This document shows positions 1 through 9,380 of a DNA stretch of 57,119 bases, piece by piece. A program made the position numbers and the translations under genes. Under the pieces are notes generated by a model. That model did no database searches and had not been told where the DNA came from. It saw only the letters and a program-made list of their open reading frames with translations. Each line of letters opens with the position of its first letter. The first letter of the stretch is position 1. The DNA is from Gemmatales bacterium (GTDB lineage Bacteria > Planctomycetota > Planctomycetia > Gemmatales > HRBIN36): contig JANWWR010000006.1 in NCBI GenBank assembly GCA_025055835.1, forward strand, positions 1 through 57,119, written 5' to 3'.

Positions 1-38
1 TCAGGACCGTCGGGCTTCGGGAACGAGGAGTTGCCGAC

Positions 39-1286
39 ATGAATGCACCAGGGTTCGCTGCGGATCCGTGGTTCCAGTCGTTGTTCGCCGAGCGGATCGG
101 CGGAGCGAATTACGGCAAGGGCACCGCGATCTACAAGTTCGAGAAAATCAAGCGGGCCAAGCGAGCGGCGCTGGCTGCCCATCCCGAACGCAAACTGCTC
201 GACTTCGGCATCGGCGAGAACGACGCCATGGCCGATGAACGCGTCCGCCAGGCCCTTAAGGTTGAAGTGGACAAACTTGAGAACCGCGGCTACGCAGACA
301 ACGGCATCCAGGCGTTCAAGGATGCTGCCGCTCGCTTCATGCAGCGGGTCTTCGGCGTCACTCTCGATCCCGTCACGGAAATCAATCATTGCATCGGCTC
401 CAAACCCGCGTTGGCGATGTTGCCGGCCTGCTTCATCAATCCCGGCGATGTCACCCTCATGACCGTGCCGGGCTATCCCGTAGCGGGGACGCACACCCGC
501 TACTACGGGGGCGTCGTTCATGCCTTGCCGCTGCGGGAGGAGAACGGCTTTCTTCCCGATCTCGATTCCATTCCCGCCGAGGTGCTTCGCCGAACCAAGA
601 TGCTTGTCCTCAACTATCCGAACAGCCCGACTGGAGCGACGGCGACGCGGGACTTCTATCGCCGTGTCATCGACTTTGCCCTCAAGCACCGCATCATCGT
701 CGTCCAGGACGCCGCCCACATTCTGCTGACCTACGACGGTGAACCGCTCAGTTTCCTCCAGGTCGAGGGAGCCAAAGAAGTCGGCGTCGAGGTGCATTCG
801 CTGTCCAAGGGGCACAACATGATCGGCTGGCGGATGGGCTTCGTGGCCGGGCATCCGAAGCTCGTCCAGGCCTTTGCCGACGTTAAGGACAATTGCGATT
901 CCGGGCAGTTCATCGCCATTCAGAAAGCGGCCTGCGTCGCTCTGGACCACGACGACATCTTCCTGGCCACGCGAGCCAAGTACCGGCGACGCCTGGAGAA
1001 GCTGGTCAAGGCCCTGGCCCAGGTCGGCTTCCGCGTCCGCATGCCCGGCGGAACTTACTTCCTCTACACCCGGGCACCGAGAGCCTGTGCCGGTCGGACC
1101 TTCGCCAATGCCGAGGAGTTTTCCCAGTTCCTCATCACCGAGCATTCAGTCTGCTGCGTACCGTGGGACGATGCCGGCCCCTATCTGCGTTTCTCGGTGA
1201 CCTACCTGGCCGAGGATGAACAGGCCGAGGATGCCCTCATGGCCGAGACGGTGGAGCGGCTCGGCCGTTTGCGCCTGGAGTTTTGA
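39..1286 (+). CDS. dapL: LL-diaminopimelate aminotransferase (PLP, class I/II)
   Basis: PLP fold-I motifs LNYPNSPTG, QDAAH and HSLSKGHNMIGWRMG; N-terminus ERIGGANYGKGTAIYKFEKIKRAK typical of one DapL subgroup; GAGGAG RBS. Confidence 0.85.
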   Translation: MNAPGFAADPWFQSLFAERIGGANYGKGTAIYKFEKIKRAKRAALAAHPERKLLDFGIGENDAMADERVRQALKVEVDKLENRGYADNGIQAFKDAAARFMQRVFGVTLDPVTEINHCIGSKPALAMLPACFINPGDVTLMTVPGYPVAGTHTRYYGGVVHALPLREENGFLPDLDSIPAEVLRRTKMLVLNYPNSPTGATATRDFYRRVIDFALKHRIIVVQDAAHILLTYDGEPLSFLQVEGAKEVGVEVHSLSKGHNMIGWRMGFVAGHPKLVQAFADVKDNCDSGQFIAIQKAACVALDHDDIFLATRAKYRRRLEKLVKALAQVGFRVRMPGGTYFLYTRAPRACAGRTFANAEEFSQFLITEHSVCCVPWDDAGPYLRFSVTYLAEDEQAEDALMAETVERLGRLRLEF

Positions 1287-1472
1287 TCCCGTCAGTGCGT
1301 TCCAAGCGCGGTTGCTTTTGCGAAGCCGTTGGTGTAGAAACCCTAATGACGGCATCGTGAGCGGTCCGCGCGGACAAGTCGTGACTTCGTCGTTGTCGCC
1401 TGCTGATCGTGGCTTCTCTGCTGACCGGCAAACAACGACGGCATGCTGCCAAGCCAGTGGTTGCGAGGCGTC

Positions 1473-2594
1473 ATGAAGCGCTTGCACATCGCCCTGATTT
1501 ACAACGCCTACACGGACGGTACGCCGGAACACCCCGCCGACCGCGCCGGCACTGCGGATCTGCGTCAGATGATCCGCCGCATCGCCCGGGGTCTGCGGAA
1601 GGTCGGCCATACGGTCACGGTGTTGCCGTTGTCGCACGACTTGTTCGCTTTTCAGCGTCGGCTGCGCCGGCTCAAGCCTGACGTGGTTTTCAATCAATAC
1701 GACGACGTCATTCACGGCGCGCTGTACGAGATGCGGGTGGCGGCCCTGGTGCGGATGATGGGTTTTCCCCTGACCGGCTCGCCAGCCCTGGCCCTGGGTC
1801 TGAGCCGTTACAAGTACATGACGGCCAGTCTTCTCGCCGGTGCCGGCATTCCGATCCCGCCCAACACCGTGCTGCTCGAAACCGTCCGGGCCGTGGATCT
1901 GCACCGCTGGGAGTTCCCGGTCATCGTCCAGGCCAGCCAGGAGCACGCCGGGATCGGTCTGGATCGTCATTCGGTAGTCCATTCCAAGAAGCAGCTTCGG
2001 GAGAAGGTGCGGGACATTCTGCGCAACTTTAATCAACCCGCCCTGGCGCAACGTTTTCTGCCGGGGCGGGAGTTCAATGTCGGCTTGCTGGGTGGCAGCA
2101 AGCTCCGCGTGCTTCCCCTGGCCGAGGTCAACTACTCCGAACTGCCGCCCGACATTCCCCCGATCATGTCCTACGCGGCCAAGTGGATCGAAAACACCGT
2201 GGAATACCAGAAGACCTCGGTGATCTGTCCCGCCGAGGTCGGCCCAGAGCTTGCGCAACAAATCGGGAACACGGCTATTCGGGCCTTCCGGGCCATCGGT
2301 GGCTGGGGATACGGCCGGGTGGACATCCGTCTCGACGAACATGGCGTACCTCGGGTTCTGGACGTCAATTGCAACCCGTGCCTTGATGAAGGCATCGGTC
2401 TGGCCCGCTCTGCCGAACGCGCCGGCATCTCCTGGCCGCAACTTCTGCATTTGATTGTGAAAGCGGCATTGGAACGCCATCCTTACGACATCAGCGTTCC
2501 CATGCTGGCCAATCCCGCCGATGGCCATCCTGTCAAAAACGGCAGCGAGAAGCCGGAACCACTACCTGCCATTCCGGCAGCCGCCTCGCCATGA
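1473..2594 (+). CDS. D-Ala-D-Ala ligase-like ATP-grasp protein
   Basis: TGSPALALGL, GREFNVGLLG, SYAAKW, GYGRVDIRL and DVNCNP motifs; ATG 1473 preferred over 1443 because GAGG precedes it. Confidence 0.8.
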   Translation: MKRLHIALIYNAYTDGTPEHPADRAGTADLRQMIRRIARGLRKVGHTVTVLPLSHDLFAFQRRLRRLKPDVVFNQYDDVIHGALYEMRVAALVRMMGFPLTGSPALALGLSRYKYMTASLLAGAGIPIPPNTVLLETVRAVDLHRWEFPVIVQASQEHAGIGLDRHSVVHSKKQLREKVRDILRNFNQPALAQRFLPGREFNVGLLGGSKLRVLPLAEVNYSELPPDIPPIMSYAAKWIENTVEYQKTSVICPAEVGPELAQQIGNTAIRAFRAIGGWGYGRVDIRLDEHGVPRVLDVNCNPCLDEGIGLARSAERAGISWPQLLHLIVKAALERHPYDISVPMLANPADGHPVKNGSEKPEPLPAIPAAASP

Positions 2595-2918
2595 ACTCGT
2601 TCCCGTCGCGAAATTGCTTCCAGTCAGAAGCGCAACATTTTTGAAAATCGCTTCCTGGCGTTTGCGGCTCGGCGTCGCTTGAGTAACTCGCCGAGGAAGA
2701 CAGTGGAAGCGCAACATTTTCGCGAATTATCATCGGAACCCCCTTTTGGACCAGGCCGGGTTATGTCTTTCTGAAGCGTACCACGTCGGGAATTCAGCCC
2801 GGAGGTCAGTAGGACGGAGGGAAGAGGGACCTGTCGTGGCTTTGCGGAGCAAGGGGCTTGGCCAGAAGGTCGGAGTTACCCGGTCGTATATTAGCGGGGA
2901 AGGCGAGGAATCCGGTCC

Positions 2919-4145
2919 ATGCATGCGATGTTCATTCATCCTAACTTCCCGGCCCAGTTTGGCCACATCGCTGCCTACCTGAAGCAGGAACGCGGCTGGG
3001 AATGCACCTTCCTGACCTCCATCGACACCAGCCAGATGAAGGTGCCCTTTCGCCATTGCAACTATCGGCTCAAGCCGGGACCGCTTCCTAAGGTCTTCTA
3101 CAACCCAGGCACCTTACAGGAACTGATGCAGCACGCCGCGGCGGTGTATCGCGGCCTCAAAGGCAATCCACAGATTCGGCCCGATCTCGTCGTGGGCCAC
3201 ATGTCCTATGGCACGATGCTGTATCTCCGCAACCTCTACGACTGTCCGTTCGTCGGCTATTACGAAATGCTTCCGCCGCCGTTCTGGTCCAAGGAACTGG
3301 CCCTGCGTCCCGAGTTTCCGCCCACCGAAGAGGCCCGCCTTTCCAACGCCACCTACCACACCTTCACCTACCTGCATCTGCACATGTGCGACGCTGGTTA
3401 CACGCCCACCCAGTACCAACTCAGCACCTGCCCCAAGGAGCTTCAGTACAAGCTGCGGGTCATCCATGACGGCGTGGATTGCGATCTGTTCCAGCGGCGG
3501 GAGTTGCCCCGTCCGTTCGAGTTCCATGGCCGCACCATCGGACCAAACACGCGGGTGCTGACCTACGTTTCCCGCGGGCTGGAGTCGGCTCGGGGGTTCG
3601 ACATTTTTATGAAGGTGGCCAAGCGGGTCACGGAAGAACTCGACGATGTGCTGGTGCTAATTGCCGGCGATGAACGCACCAACTACGGCCATGAGAAGCC
3701 CTACATCGGCAACCAGACGTTTAAGCAGTATGTGCTTTCCCGCGACAAATACGACTTGCAGAAGATTCAGTTCCTCGGCCGGATTCCCCTCACCGACCTG
3801 CCCGTGCTCTATTCCTTAAGCGATCTGCACATCTACCTGACGACGCCGTGGGTGCTGTCGTGGTCGATGATGCAAGCGATGGCCAACGGCTGCGTTGTAT
3901 TGGGCAGTGCGACCGCTCCGGTGATGGAAGTCCTGCGACACGAGGAAAACGGCCTGCTGGCCGACTTTTACGACGTGGACGGCCTGGCGCGCCTGGCCTT
4001 GCAGGTGCTCCGCGATCCTCCGGCTCATCGCCGACTCGGCGAGGCGGCACGGCAAACGATTCTGGAGCGCTACGAGAAACGCCTTTGCATCGAGCAACTG
4101 GTCAGCTACTTCCAGGAAGTTTTGGATCGCCGCCGATCCGCATAG
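2919..4145 (+). CDS. Glycosyltransferase family 4 (GT-B fold)
   Basis: FIHPNFPAQF N-terminus; TYVSRGLESARGF; SDLHIYLTTPWVLSWSMMQAMANGC; ENGLLADFYD. Confidence 0.88.
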   Translation: MHAMFIHPNFPAQFGHIAAYLKQERGWECTFLTSIDTSQMKVPFRHCNYRLKPGPLPKVFYNPGTLQELMQHAAAVYRGLKGNPQIRPDLVVGHMSYGTMLYLRNLYDCPFVGYYEMLPPPFWSKELALRPEFPPTEEARLSNATYHTFTYLHLHMCDAGYTPTQYQLSTCPKELQYKLRVIHDGVDCDLFQRRELPRPFEFHGRTIGPNTRVLTYVSRGLESARGFDIFMKVAKRVTEELDDVLVLIAGDERTNYGHEKPYIGNQTFKQYVLSRDKYDLQKIQFLGRIPLTDLPVLYSLSDLHIYLTTPWVLSWSMMQAMANGCVVLGSATAPVMEVLRHEENGLLADFYDVDGLARLALQVLRDPPAHRRLGEAARQTILERYEKRLCIEQLVSYFQEVLDRRRSA

Positions 4146-5010
4146 CGTCCTCCGGCGGCGCGATGCTCTTGCCAATCAGGCTCATAAACCGCCCGCCGAA
4201 GTGTTGCACTTCGAGGAAGCCGGCGTTTTCTGGCGCGGGCTTATAAACCCGGAAGGTCTTCAGCAGGCCGAGCGTGGCAGCGCTCTCCAGCGGACCGATG
4301 AAGCTCGTGTCGCGGTCGAGGAAGTGCGGCTGCCGAACCCAGTGCGTCATCTGCTCGGCGTTGAGGAAGAAGCAGCCGGCGTGCGGATTTCCGGCGGGCA
4401 CGAAGCGGATCGGCAGCCCCATCACCCGGCCGGTGAACTCCTTGCCCTGCTGCACATTTCTGTACGGACGCAGCACATGGGCCGCGAGGTCGCCGTCCAC
4501 ATAAAGCTTGTGGCACGGACCTGGGACCGATAGCTCGCAGCGATTCGGTTGCAGGACGTTCTGCGTTCCCACTTGCCGAAGGAACCAACCCAGTTTCACG
4601 AAGAACAACGGATCGCGGAGGATCAGGTCGTCCTCGAGGTAGCAGAAGTAGTCGAACAGGCCGAGGCGGTCCCGGAGCACGGCATGGCACTCGAAGCCAA
4701 GCAACGTCGGCTCGGCGCGGGTCGGATAGTGAACGTAAAGATGTCCGGGGATTGGCAGTTCGCTCAACAGATGCCGGTCGCCGGTGGTGCAGATGACGAT
4801 TTCAATGTCATTCGTCGCGGATCGCGGAACGCTCTCGGCGAGGCGGCGGGCGATGTGGATGCTCCATTGGCCCCGGCCGAAGGTCTGGTGCAGCGACGCG
4901 ATGCAAGCGGAAAGGGCCTGAATGCGTGGCTGACGGTTCGGGCTGACGGAGCCGTGCTTGGCGTCGCCGCTCGGGTCGAAGTAGTGCGGGATAGCAAAGA
5001 GGATGCGCAT
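4102..5010 (-). CDS. Conserved hypothetical protein, possible GT-A fold enzyme
   Basis: 302-aa ORF with coding-like composition; FDYFCYLEDDL resembles a DxD motif; last gene of a minus-strand run. Confidence 0.6.
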   Translation of the reverse strand: MRILFAIPHYFDPSGDAKHGSVSPNRQPRIQALSACIASLHQTFGRGQWSIHIARRLAESVPRSATNDIEIVICTTGDRHLLSELPIPGHLYVHYPTRAEPTLLGFECHAVLRDRLGLFDYFCYLEDDLILRDPLFFVKLGWFLRQVGTQNVLQPNRCELSVPGPCHKLYVDGDLAAHVLRPYRNVQQGKEFTGRVMGLPIRFVPAGNPHAGCFFLNAEQMTHWVRQPHFLDRDTSFIGPLESAATLGLLKTFRVYKPAPENAGFLEVQHFGGRFMSLIGKSIAPPEDAMRIGGDPKLPGSS

Positions 5011-5025
5011 GGCGAACGGCCTCGG

Positions 5026-5598
5026 CTACTCACTTCCGACGCCACGGGCGATGCCGAGCGTCTCGGCATGTGGCTTAAGAGCATCGATCACGAACTGGAT
5101 GTGCTCGTCGAGGTCAACGCCGAATTCAGCCGCTCCCCGATAGATGTCCTCGCGGTTGACCTTGGCGGCGAATCCCTTGCTTTTGAGCTTCTTGCGGACG
5201 CTGGAGGCGGTCAAGTCCATGACGCCGTTGGGCCGTACCATGGCGCAGGCGAGAATGAATCCGGCCAGTTCATCGCAGGCATACAGGGCCTTTTCCACGG
5301 GCCGGATGCGTGGGCAGTCGGGCAGATAGTCGGCATGGGACTTGATGGCGTAGATCACGTCTTCGGGATAACCGCGTCCGGCGAGGATGGCCGCCCCGCG
5401 AAGCGGATGGTCCGGCGGGTTGGGCCAGCGTTCGTAGTCGAAATCGTGCAACAGGCCGATGATGCCCCACTTGTCCGGGGCCTCGCCGAGCTTGACGGCA
5501 TAGGCTCGCATGGCCGCCTCAACCGCCAGGCAGTGCCGCCGCAAGCCCGGATCGCTGACGTATTCGTGAAGCAGTGCCAATGCATCTTCCCGCTGCAT
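5026..5598 (-). CDS. HD-domain (HDIG-type) metal-dependent phosphohydrolase
   Basis: RRHCLAVEAAM, GLLHDFDYE, SH and KALYACDELAG motifs. Confidence 0.85.
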   Translation of the reverse strand: MQREDALALLHEYVSDPGLRRHCLAVEAAMRAYAVKLGEAPDKWGIIGLLHDFDYERWPNPPDHPLRGAAILAGRGYPEDVIYAIKSHADYLPDCPRIRPVEKALYACDELAGFILACAMVRPNGVMDLTASSVRKKLKSKGFAAKVNREDIYRGAAEFGVDLDEHIQFVIDALKPHAETLGIARGVGSE

Positions 5599-5625
5599 AT
5601 TAGCGCCCCGCGTTTAATGCCAGAT

Positions 5626-6024
5626 TCATGGAACCAGCCAATCGACCACGGTTAATCCGGGGACCATTATAAAATCGGCGACATTATGCGTTACCAGAGT
5701 CAGCCCATGTTCCAGCGCTGTCGCAGCAATCAGGAGGTCAATCGAAGGGACAGTAGTACCCATGCCAAGCAAGTTAGCTCTGATTTCCCCAAATTTATAA
5801 GCAGTTTTTGCTGTGCAATCTAAGACTGTAATGTCCTGAAGCAAATCATTTAAAGCCTGAAGTCTTCGCGGCGAAGCTCCAGGCCGAAGCGCCCAGGTCA
5901 AGAGTTCCCCGCAGGAAATGGCCGAAATTTGGAGATTCCCGCAATGTTGGAGAAACCGGCTGATAACAAGCGGATGACCTTTTAGATGCGCAGAGCAGAT
6001 GTCCGTGTCCAGGAGGAAACTCAT
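5626..6024 (-). CDS. vapC: VapC-family PIN-domain toxin
   Basis: FLLDTDIC, GEL, DLLIAATALEHGLTLVTHNVADF motifs; visibly AT-rich compared with flanks. Confidence 0.92.
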   Translation of the reverse strand: MSFLLDTDICSAHLKGHPLVISRFLQHCGNLQISAISCGELLTWALRPGASPRRLQALNDLLQDITVLDCTAKTAYKFGEIRANLLGMGTTVPSIDLLIAATALEHGLTLVTHNVADFIMVPGLTVVDWLVP

Positions 6025-6260
6025 AATTCGCTTACCTGCCGGTCGGCTCGCCGCTGCTCGGCATTCCAGGCCAGAAAGCGGTCCACTTCATCGGCTTCAG
6101 CGGCCCAGGCCCCAGCAGAACGACGCAGTCCCTCTCCGGCAGCCGAAGGACCGCTTGGTAACGGAGAAACCGTCACCAGCACCTGTTCTCCCTCGCGCAA
6201 TCCGGGATCCTCGCTGAGTTCAATAGCCTTGCCACGAATCACGCCACGCAGGGTTTTCAT
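6021..6260 (-). CDS. Putative antitoxin (short beta-rich DNA-binding type, AF2212/AbrB-like)
   Basis: 79 aa starting MKTLRGVIRGKAIELSEDPGLREGEQVLVTV and containing AGAW; 4-bp overlap with the vapC start; GGAG RBS. Confidence 0.75.
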   Translation of the reverse strand: MKTLRGVIRGKAIELSEDPGLREGEQVLVTVSPLPSGPSAAGEGLRRSAGAWAAEADEVDRFLAWNAEQRRADRQVSEL

Positions 6261-6302
6261 GCTCCACTTCCCGTTCATAACCGCTTGTTGGCTTTTCGAC
6301 GC

Positions 6303-6341
6303 ATTGTACTGTTGAGCATCTGCTTGCAGCATCTTTGCTTG
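6303..6341 (-). promoter_or_regulatory. Candidate toxin-antitoxin promoter with tandem operator-like repeats
   Basis: TACAAT on the minus strand at 6303-6308; direct repeat AGCATCTGCTTG (6315-6326) and AGCATCTTTGCTTG (6328-6341). Confidence 0.4.
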
Positions 6342-6809
6342 TTACTTCCGCGTTCGTTTCATCTTCTGTTCCGTTTCCGGGCGGAAGAAGCGCATCCAGC
6401 CGAGGACGGGTCGGAAGGGCAACAACTTCGGATGGCGAAACACAAAGCCGTACAGCCGCGGCGGTCGAAACCAGTCCGCACGGTTCCAGTGGCGGGCCTC
6501 ATCCCGGCGAAACGCTTCCCGCGTGTCGTAGGTGATGCAGTCCACCAGTTCCGCCTGTCCGATGATGCCGCCGCGCAGCTCGGCCAGTCCCCGAGCAGCC
6601 GGCGGAACCCGCTGCCAGACTTCGTCCCGCTCGTCAGCGGTCTGGGAAGCGTGAATCAGGATCGGACCGCGCCGATCTGTCGGCCAACGCCGTACTTCAA
6701 TAGTTTTGAAGCCGAGGACGACCAGGGCCGCCCAGGGTTGCTTCAGCGACAAGGCATATTCCGGCTGCTGGGCAATTGAAACCTGAGGCCCCTTCCGTTG
6801 GCGTGCCAT
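6342..6809 (-). CDS. ASCH domain protein
   Basis: ALSLKQPWAALVVLGFKTIEVRRWPTDRRGPILIHAS (GxKxxExR signature). Confidence 0.88.
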   Translation of the reverse strand: MARQRKGPQVSIAQQPEYALSLKQPWAALVVLGFKTIEVRRWPTDRRGPILIHASQTADERDEVWQRVPPAARGLAELRGGIIGQAELVDCITYDTREAFRRDEARHWNRADWFRPPRLYGFVFRHPKLLPFRPVLGWMRFFRPETEQKMKRTRK

Positions 6810-6818
6810 GCCAAGCCC

Positions 6819-7484
6819 TCACGAAACCAGTTCGCCATGCACTCCCTGAAGCCCCTCGCTGCCCAGACGGATGATGCGGTTGTCCACCCGCAGCTCGAAG
6901 ACGTCGTCGAGCGGCTGGTGGCTCAACAGGGTGACGCGGACGCCGGGCGTCAGGCCGAGCTGCCGCCAGCGTCGCAGCCGCTCCGGGTTGTCGTCTTGGA
7001 CTTCGCGGATAAGGATGTTCTGCCCCTCCTTGAACGCTGAAAGTGGCCGCAAACTTCGTTTGGCCATTTTTCCTTCTGCCGTCGGAATGAGATGGCCGTG
7101 CGGGTCTTCGAGCGGTTCGCCGAGGTGCTTGGCGATGGCTTGTTCGAGCCGGGGCGAGATGGCGTGTTCCAGGGCCTCGGCCTCGGCATCCACCTCGCTC
7201 CAGTCGAGGCCCAGGACACGGTGAAGAAACAACTCGACCAGCCGATGACGGCGGACGACACGGCGAGCTTCCCGAAGCCCCGCCGTTGTGAGCCGAGCGC
7301 CCCGGCCGACTTCGTACTCGATCCAACCGGCCTCCGCCAGGCGACGCAACATACCCGTCACGGACGGAGCCTTGAACTGGAGGCGACGGGCGATCTCGGC
7401 CGTGGGCACGAGCTTTTCCGCTCCCCCCAGGTGGTGGATCACCTTGAGATAATCCTGGACCGCTTTGGTAATCTGCTCGGGCAT
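6819..7484 (-). CDS. DtxR/MntR family metal-dependent regulator with C-terminal FeoA/SH3 domain
   Basis: QDYLKVI, APSVTGM, RRHRLVELFL, EAEALEH and DPHGHLIP motifs; LGLTPG FeoA segment; alternative GTG start at 7529. Confidence 0.9.
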   Translation of the reverse strand: MPEQITKAVQDYLKVIHHLGGAEKLVPTAEIARRLQFKAPSVTGMLRRLAEAGWIEYEVGRGARLTTAGLREARRVVRRHRLVELFLHRVLGLDWSEVDAEAEALEHAISPRLEQAIAKHLGEPLEDPHGHLIPTAEGKMAKRSLRPLSAFKEGQNILIREVQDDNPERLRRWRQLGLTPGVRVTLLSHQPLDDVFELRVDNRIIRLGSEGLQGVHGELVS

Positions 7485-7601
7485 TCTCGGTCCCGTCCCC
7501 GGGTGCTTGGAAGGCTGGAGTCTGGCCACGGCCCCGGCATACTATCAGGTCGCCTTTGTGCCTCAACTCAGGACAACTTGATTATACGACAAGCCCTCGG
7601 A

Positions 7602-8744
7602 TCACCGGCCTGGTCGCAGAGCCGCACGGGCTGCCATGACCCGCCTGAGGGCTTCCTCAGCAGTATCTGCCAGCGTGGTCAGGTGGCCCATCTTGCGGCC
7701 GACGCGGGCTTCGACCTTGCCGTACAGGTGCAATTTAACGTCGGGGAAACGGCAGGCGGCAGTCCAGTCGGGTTCGCCATCCCGCCACAAATCGCCGAGC
7801 AGATTGGCCATCGCCGCCGGTTTTAGCTGCGTCACCGCTCCCAGCGGCAGACCACACACGGCCCGCAACTGCTGCTCGAATTGGCTGGTCACGCAGGCAT
7901 CGATGGTCAGATGCCCGGAGTTGTGCGGCCGCGGGGCCAGTTCATTGACCAGGAGCCTGCCCGAGCGGGTCAGGAAGAACTCGACGCACAAAACACCCAC
8001 AACGTCGAGCGCCTCCAGAATGGCGTGGGCAATAGCGACGGCTTCTTTTTCCACCGACCCGGGCAGACCGGCGGGGCAAACGCTGGTGTCGAGAATGTGT
8101 CGGCTGTGGGTGTTCAGAATCGGTCCCCAGTGACACAAGGCCCCATCCAGACCGCGAGCGGCGACGACTGACAGTTCGCAAGCAAAATCCACGAACGCTT
8201 CCAGGATGTGATCCTGCTGCTGAACGACGGATTCCAAGGGGGCGATCTCAGCGAGGGAGGCGATGCGGTGTTGGCCCTTGCCGTCGTAGCCGTAGCCCGC
8301 CGTCTTCAGGACCGCGGGTAAGCCGATCTCCTGCAAGGCGCTTCGCAGCTCCTCCGCGGACCGCACGGCACGGAATTCCGTGGTCGGGAAACCGTGCTGA
8401 CGGAGGAAGGTCTTCTCCCGGAGCCGATTCTGCGTCGTAAACAGTACTTCGCCGCTGGGCCGAACCGGCACGAGTTCGGCGGCGGCCGCCGTCGTTGCCG
8501 CCGGGACGTTCTCGAACTCGAAGGTCAGCACCCGGACCTGCGAGGCGAAGCGGCGGACAGCGTCGAGGTCGTCATAGGAAGCGGTGATTTCGACGTCGGC
8601 GATCTGGCCGGTCGGCGTGTCGGAGTCCGGGGAAAAGGTATGGACGCGGTAGCCCATGCGCCGGGCCGCCAGAGCGAACATGCGTCCCAGCTGGCCGCTG
8701 CCCAGCACGCCGATCACCGATCCGGGCAGAATCGGGCCGCTCAC
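7602..8744 (-). CDS. purK: N5-carboxyaminoimidazole ribonucleotide synthase
   Basis: [34 protein letters not shown] and RKMGH motifs; GTG start overlaps the purE stop. Confidence 0.95.
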   Translation of the reverse strand: MSGPILPGSVIGVLGSGQLGRMFALAARRMGYRVHTFSPDSDTPTGQIADVEITASYDDLDAVRRFASQVRVLTFEFENVPAATTAAAAELVPVRPSGEVLFTTQNRLREKTFLRQHGFPTTEFRAVRSAEELRSALQEIGLPAVLKTAGYGYDGKGQHRIASLAEIAPLESVVQQQDHILEAFVDFACELSVVAARGLDGALCHWGPILNTHSRHILDTSVCPAGLPGSVEKEAVAIAHAILEALDVVGVLCVEFFLTRSGRLLVNELAPRPHNSGHLTIDACVTSQFEQQLRAVCGLPLGAVTQLKPAAMANLLGDLWRDGEPDWTAACRFPDVKLHLYGKVEARVGRKMGHLTTLADTAEEALRRVMAARAALRPGR

Positions 8745-9280
8745 GACCGACCTCCTTCCGCGCCAGAGGATCCGGTTGCCGATGTTGTCGGATCGGATTG
8801 GGCAAGCACCGCAGCGGTCTGTTCCTGGCGATAGCGACGGAGTTTTTCCCGCAGATCGGGCCGGGAATTGGCCAAGATGGCGACGGCCAGCAGAGCGGCA
8901 TTGGCCGCCCCGGCCTTGCCGATGGCCAAGGTGCCGACCGGAATCCCCGCCGGCATCTGCACGATGGACAAGAGCGAATCGAGACCACGAAGGGCCTGGC
9001 TTTCCACCGGCACACCCAGCACGGGAAGCACCGTCTGGGCCGCGGTCATGCCCGGAAGATGGGCCGCTCCCCCGGCCCCGGCGATGATTACCTCCAACCC
9101 GCGGGCTTCCGCTTCCGTGGCGTACTGCCGGAGCCACTCGGGGGTACGATGGGCGGAGACGATCCGGCACTCATGCGGCACCTCGAAGCGCGTCAGCATG
9201 TCGGAGGCGTGCCGAAGCGTATCCCAGTCGGATTGGCTGCCCATGATGACGCCGACGAGCGGCCTTTGCGTCGCACTCAT
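8741..9280 (-). CDS. purE: N5-CAIR mutase
   Basis: [24 protein letters not shown] and [11 protein letters not shown] motifs. Confidence 0.97.
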   Translation of the reverse strand: MSATQRPLVGVIMGSQSDWDTLRHASDMLTRFEVPHECRIVSAHRTPEWLRQYATEAEARGLEVIIAGAGGAAHLPGMTAAQTVLPVLGVPVESQALRGLDSLLSIVQMPAGIPVGTLAIGKAGAANAALLAVAILANSRPDLREKLRRYRQEQTAAVLAQSDPTTSATGSSGAEGGRS

Positions 9281-9345
9281 GACGGCATTGTAACAGACCC
9301 GGGAAGAAGCCGTCAGCAGTCAGACGGTGGAACGAAACGACGAGG

Positions 9346-9380
9346 AAAAAACGAACGGCGAACCGTGCTGACAAGCACGG
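9346..9380 (-). terminator. Possible intrinsic terminator downstream of rsfS
   Basis: Perfect 7-bp hairpin CCGTGCT-N4-AGCACGG at 9363-9380; a T6 tract follows about 11 nt later on the minus strand, so the spacing is atypical. Confidence 0.35.

Noticed and set aside
1287-1472. Lysine riboswitch or ncRNA next to dapL
   Set aside because: The region is downstream of dapL and shows no recognisable aptamer motifs.
7556-7590. DtxR/MntR autoregulatory operator (imperfect palindrome TTGTGCCTCAACTCAGGACAA near TATAAT)
   Set aside because: It needs a bulge to pair and does not resemble the DtxR consensus, so it is too weak to call.
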